DNA of 58,012 bases from a virus (taxonomy: Duplodnaviria > Caudoviricetes): positions 1 to 58,012 of the IMG/VR virus record IMGVR_UViG_3300032213_001526; one strand, written 5' to 3'. A program made the position numbers and the translations under genes. Positions 55,264 to 58,012 of this stretch are shown here, piece after piece. A model generated the notes under the pieces. The model was not told the DNA's origin. It saw only the letters and a program-made list of their open reading frames with translations, and ran no database searches. Numbering within the stretch: position 1 is the stretch's first letter; the number at the start of each line of letters is the position of its first letter.

Positions 55264-55583
55264 TGCCATCTCAAGTGCTTATGGGAGTTGCTATCCCACT
55301 GCCTGAGCCTGCTCTGTTAACGCCGCTAGAGTTTATGTCACGGTATACGTTGACAGAGCAACTGACGATGGAGTTGCTGTTAACAGAGCATGCTGACCCA
55401 ACTGTTCGCGCAACGCTGCGCCTGCTCGACAAAACGCTGCTGCGGACGCGCAACGGCGTTGACCCAACCGATCCACGCACCGTGTTTGGTGCAGAGCAGT
55501 CGGTCGATATTCTCATTGCGGCTGGCGTTGTGTTGCTTGCAAACAGGGCAACGCGCATTGCTGAGATACTTGCTCCCGTTTAG
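55263..55583 (+). CDS. small tail-fibre-associated protein
   Basis: LTPLEF..R.T..EQ...VD.TDPRT..G......AG....RATRI pattern. Confidence 0.55.
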   Translation: MPSQVLMGVAIPLPEPALLTPLEFMSRYTLTEQLTMELLLTEHADPTVRATLRLLDKTLLRTRNGVDPTDPRTVFGAEQSVDILIAAGVVLLANRATRIAEILAPV

Positions 55584-55645
55584 GCTCGGTCTCACGTCTA
55601 GTCTGTAGCAAAGTCGACCGCTACCATTTTTTGGGGATACATCCC

Positions 55646-55978
55646 TTGGCGCTTTCATATCTAGCTGTTGCTCAAGCCGCCGCATCCACAGTGCATTTCT
55701 TTGACGCGGTTGTCGAGAAGTTCATTATGGCACTTGTCGGGGTGTTTGCTGGAGGCACTTATGTGAACTGGAGAGTTGGCGTGAGAATAACTAAGGTAGA
55801 GCATGCGATTTGGGGCACCGACACAAACAACGGAATGTCAAGTCGCGTCAAAAAAGTTGAAGAAACGCTAGGAGTAGTCGTCACTAATCAGGATCGCCAC
55901 ACGATCCTCCTGTCCCATGTCGCAGACAGCGTTGGCGATATTCGCGACGCTATCCAAACTTTGAAGGAGAAAACATGA
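55646..55978 (+). CDS. putative holin/antiholin-type protein (1 TM + coiled-coil)
   Basis: FIMALVGVFAGGTYV followed by heptads; in the lysis cassette; start uncertain. Confidence 0.5.
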   Translation: MALSYLAVAQAAASTVHFFDAVVEKFIMALVGVFAGGTYVNWRVGVRITKVEHAIWGTDTNNGMSSRVKKVEETLGVVVTNQDRHTILLSHVADSVGDIRDAIQTLKEKT

Positions 55979-56322
55979 AAACCATGCTTGTCTCGCTCGC
56001 GATGAAGACGCTTCTCCCTATTTTAGTGGCGTTTATCGTTGTGCCGGTGGTTGATTTCATTAAGAAGCGCTTGATCCCGCAGGTTGACGCGGCTCCGCCT
56101 GCGATCAAGGCTGGCATTGCACTGGTTATGTCCACCATTGCAACCGCCCTTACTGCCGTCTCTGGCATCGGCGTGCCAGTAGACTTGTCGCAGTGGGATG
56201 GTGCGCTGGTCTCAGCACTGTTGACGTGGGTTGCTTCGCTTGCACTCAAGCAAAAGCGTCAGGTTGACCAGCGAGATCAGGCCATTGCGGAACTTGCCAA
56301 ACAGGTCTCTCCGAATGTCTAA
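55975..56322 (+). CDS. putative holin (about 3 TM)
   Basis: RBS aaggag; three hydrophobic segments and a charged C-terminus; overlaps the endolysin start. Confidence 0.6.
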   Translation: MKTMLVSLAMKTLLPILVAFIVVPVVDFIKKRLIPQVDAAPPAIKAGIALVMSTIATALTAVSGIGVPVDLSQWDGALVSALLTWVASLALKQKRQVDQRDQAIAELAKQVSPNV

Positions 56323-56830
56323 GCTACCGGCACCCCCCGCCATCGAAGCGCGTCGCGAAGCACGCATTGACACGCTGGCCCCAAAATTTGCCGATGCGGT
56401 CCGCGCTATCCTTGCCGATTTGGAAGCGGCAGGAAAGCCGGGGGTCTTGTTTGAGACACTTCGCGACGACAACCGCCAGCAGTATCTGCATGGCTTTGGG
56501 CGGTTGTACGACGATGGTCGTGGCATCGTCACGTATTCGGAAAGCGCCGACGACACATGGCACGGCTACGGCCTTGCTGCCGATATCGTCTCCAAGAAGG
56601 GCGGCTGGAACGATCCAGAGTTCTTTTTGCTCTTGCTCAAGCTTGCCGCTAAGCACGGGTGCTTATCTGGCGCAGACTGGAATCGCAACGGCTCGGCCAA
56701 CGATGAGCGGTTTCAAGACTGGCCGCACATCCAGTTCGGCACACTACGCCGCTCTCCATCACCCAACGCGGCAAGGCTCGTCGATCAGCTTGGGTTGGTT
56801 GGGATGTGGAAGTACGTCGGCGCCGCGTAA
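56315..56830 (+). CDS. endolysin, peptidase M15 (L-Ala-D-Glu peptidase-like)
   Basis: ETLR...RQ..L...GR, IVT, H.YGLAADI, G.DW, D.PHIQ. Confidence 0.88.
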   Translation: MSKLPAPPAIEARREARIDTLAPKFADAVRAILADLEAAGKPGVLFETLRDDNRQQYLHGFGRLYDDGRGIVTYSESADDTWHGYGLAADIVSKKGGWNDPEFFLLLLKLAAKHGCLSGADWNRNGSANDERFQDWPHIQFGTLRRSPSPNAARLVDQLGLVGMWKYVGAA

Positions 56831-56937
56831 CAATGCCCCAGCCAGTAGTCGTGCCGTATTCGCGTGTTGCGATACGGTGATGGGGGGACGGCTACTGGCT
56901 GGCCTGTTATGTTGCAAGGACCCCCATATTTTCTTTT
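56828..56937 (+). other. structured intergenic element (long stem plus crossing G6/C5 pairing, then a U-tract)
   Basis: 56838..56852/56888..56902; 56853..56864/56868..56878; atggggg (56880..56886) complementary to cccccat (56921..56927). Confidence 0.55.
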
Positions 56938-56949
56938 ACCGAGCCTCAC

Positions 56950-57786
56950 ATGAAGCAATACACGTCCCGATCTTTGCTGATTGGAACTATGGTGGCAGCG
57001 GCGTGCGGGATTCCATTCCTTGCCCACAGTTTGTCGGCGCGTGATGCTGAAATGGCATTTCGCGCCGAATTTGTTGGTGACTCTGTCCGCGTTATTGGAC
57101 GGTGGGTTCCCGGCAAAGACGCCCGAGGCGCGACCGACGCGTACAAGGTCATCTGGACTGCGCCGAACCGTCCGACGCGCACGATTACCACGGTTACGCC
57201 AATCGACACGTTCCTTGTCTTGCGCCCTGCGCCAGATGGTACGCTGACCGTGCGGCTCGCCGTCATTGGCCTTCGGCGCGGGAAAGAGTCCCTTGATACG
57301 CTTCGTGGCCAGTTGACCATTCAAAATCCGGATGCCGCTCCGCCTCCGCCTGATTCGCTCAAGATTGACACGACTACAGTAAGGGAGGATAACGCGGATT
57401 CAGTTCGTCTAAGGGCGGCTACGTCTTTTGGCACGCTTTGGGAGGACGACTCGGCGTACGTCAGTGAGCGAGACTCTATCCTTTTCTATGCGACCGTGTT
57501 TATGAAAGAGGGTCGCACGCGAACGCTGACGGATACGACTTCGTGGACGCTTCGGCTTGCCGAAAACGTTGAGCTTGTTATGCGAGAGCCGTTTGGTGCG
57601 TTCAAGGACTCTGTGTGGGTTGTCGCGGTAAACTGTGGCTGCCGCGAGTCTGGCGACCCAAACTTGCGGTATAGCATGGCGCGTGGGCGATACGAAATGC
57701 CGGTGAAAGTCGGAGACACCGTGGTAGAGTGGCGCGATGTGACGCCGCTAACTGCCGATCCGTTTTTGGCAACCCGAGTTCGATGA
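56950..57786 (+). CDS. secreted/exported protein, possible Fn3-like domain
   Basis: signal-peptide-like N-terminus; V...W.P......YKV.W...TVRL.V; PPPP linker. Confidence 0.65.
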   Translation: MKQYTSRSLLIGTMVAAACGIPFLAHSLSARDAEMAFRAEFVGDSVRVIGRWVPGKDARGATDAYKVIWTAPNRPTRTITTVTPIDTFLVLRPAPDGTLTVRLAVIGLRRGKESLDTLRGQLTIQNPDAAPPPPDSLKIDTTTVREDNADSVRLRAATSFGTLWEDDSAYVSERDSILFYATVFMKEGRTRTLTDTTSWTLRLAENVELVMREPFGAFKDSVWVVAVNCGCRESGDPNLRYSMARGRYEMPVKVGDTVVEWRDVTPLTADPFLATRVR

Positions 57787-58012
57787 CCCCTGAGGCGCTG
57801 GACGCACTGTACCGCGAGCATGCAAGCGAAACAAGTCGTGAAGTCGTCAGAATCCTTGGGGAACACTCCTTGGCTGAAGATTGCGTTCACGATATTTGCG
57901 TCCGGCTCCTGCTGCACAAGGGCGAAATCACGTACCAGCGCCAGTTGCTCCGAGTGGCGTCAGTCAACCGAGCGCGAGACATGATGCGCCGTCGTTGCTC
58001 ACCGGGGGGGAA
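57783..58012 (+). CDS. ECF (group IV) sigma-70-like protein, region 2, 3'-truncated by the window end (not in the ORF track)
   Basis: MTPEALDALYREH.....V.RILG....AEDCVHD..VRL...LLRVASVNRARDMMRRR; ATGA overlap. Confidence 0.7.
   Translation, partial: MTPEALDALYREHASETSREVVRILGEHSLAEDCVHDICVRLLLHKGEITYQRQLLRVASVNRARDMMRRRCSPGG

Noticed and set aside
29658-55613. Shared gtagcaaag word upstream of the terS-like gene (29658) and the lysis cassette (55605) as a late promoter
   Set aside because: Only two 9-bp matches, not distinguishable from chance without statistics
56950-57786. Spanin or lipoprotein
   Set aside because: VAAAC is a poor lipobox, there is no C-terminal TM and no coiled-coil; a signal peptidase I site (SLSA) fits better
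1-58012. Stop-codon reassignment, tRNA genes and host assignment
   Set aside because: Well-supported genes end normally in TAA, TAG and TGA with tight packing; no tRNA cloverleaf was seen; nothing in the sequence lets me name the host

Overview
This window is most of the genome of a GC-rich tailed dsDNA phage with a siphovirus-type long non-contractile tail. Both ends are truncated inside genes, and essentially all credible genes are on the + strand. Gene order: (1-6.2 kb) accessory virion/adhesin-like genes (LamG-like, propeller-like, Ala/Thr-repeat); (6.2-7.6 kb) a non-coding control region with 17-bp repeats, an IHF-like palindrome, an extended -10 promoter and a ~500-nt densely base-paired candidate RNA; (7.6-17 kb) small early genes plus an amidoligase / class II glutamine amidotransferase / ASCH cluster; (17-23.7 kb) recombination-replication genes (SSAP, Dda/RecD-like helicase, DnaB-like helicase, two tandem RecU-like nucleases); (23.8-25.5 kb) a basic peptide / PAPS-reductase-like PP-loop / ParB-like trio; (25.5-29.6 kb) small genes including an XRE HTH; (29.7-41.4 kb) packaging and head genes, including an 872-aa ADP-ribosyltransferase + GNAT multi-effector protein next to MuF and an XkdF-type protease; (41.4-55.6 kb) neck and tail; (55.6-56.8 kb) lysis; then a structured intergenic element, a secreted protein and a truncated ECF-sigma-like gene. 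I saw no integrase, DNA polymerase, primase, tRNA or CRISPR array. The strongest candidates for a new system are the head-module ART/GNAT polyprotein with repeated targeting motifs and Lys-type cleavage sites, the large structured RNA upstream of the early genes, and the peptide/PP-loop/ParB trio. All family assignments come from motifs recognised by eye; no database search was run.
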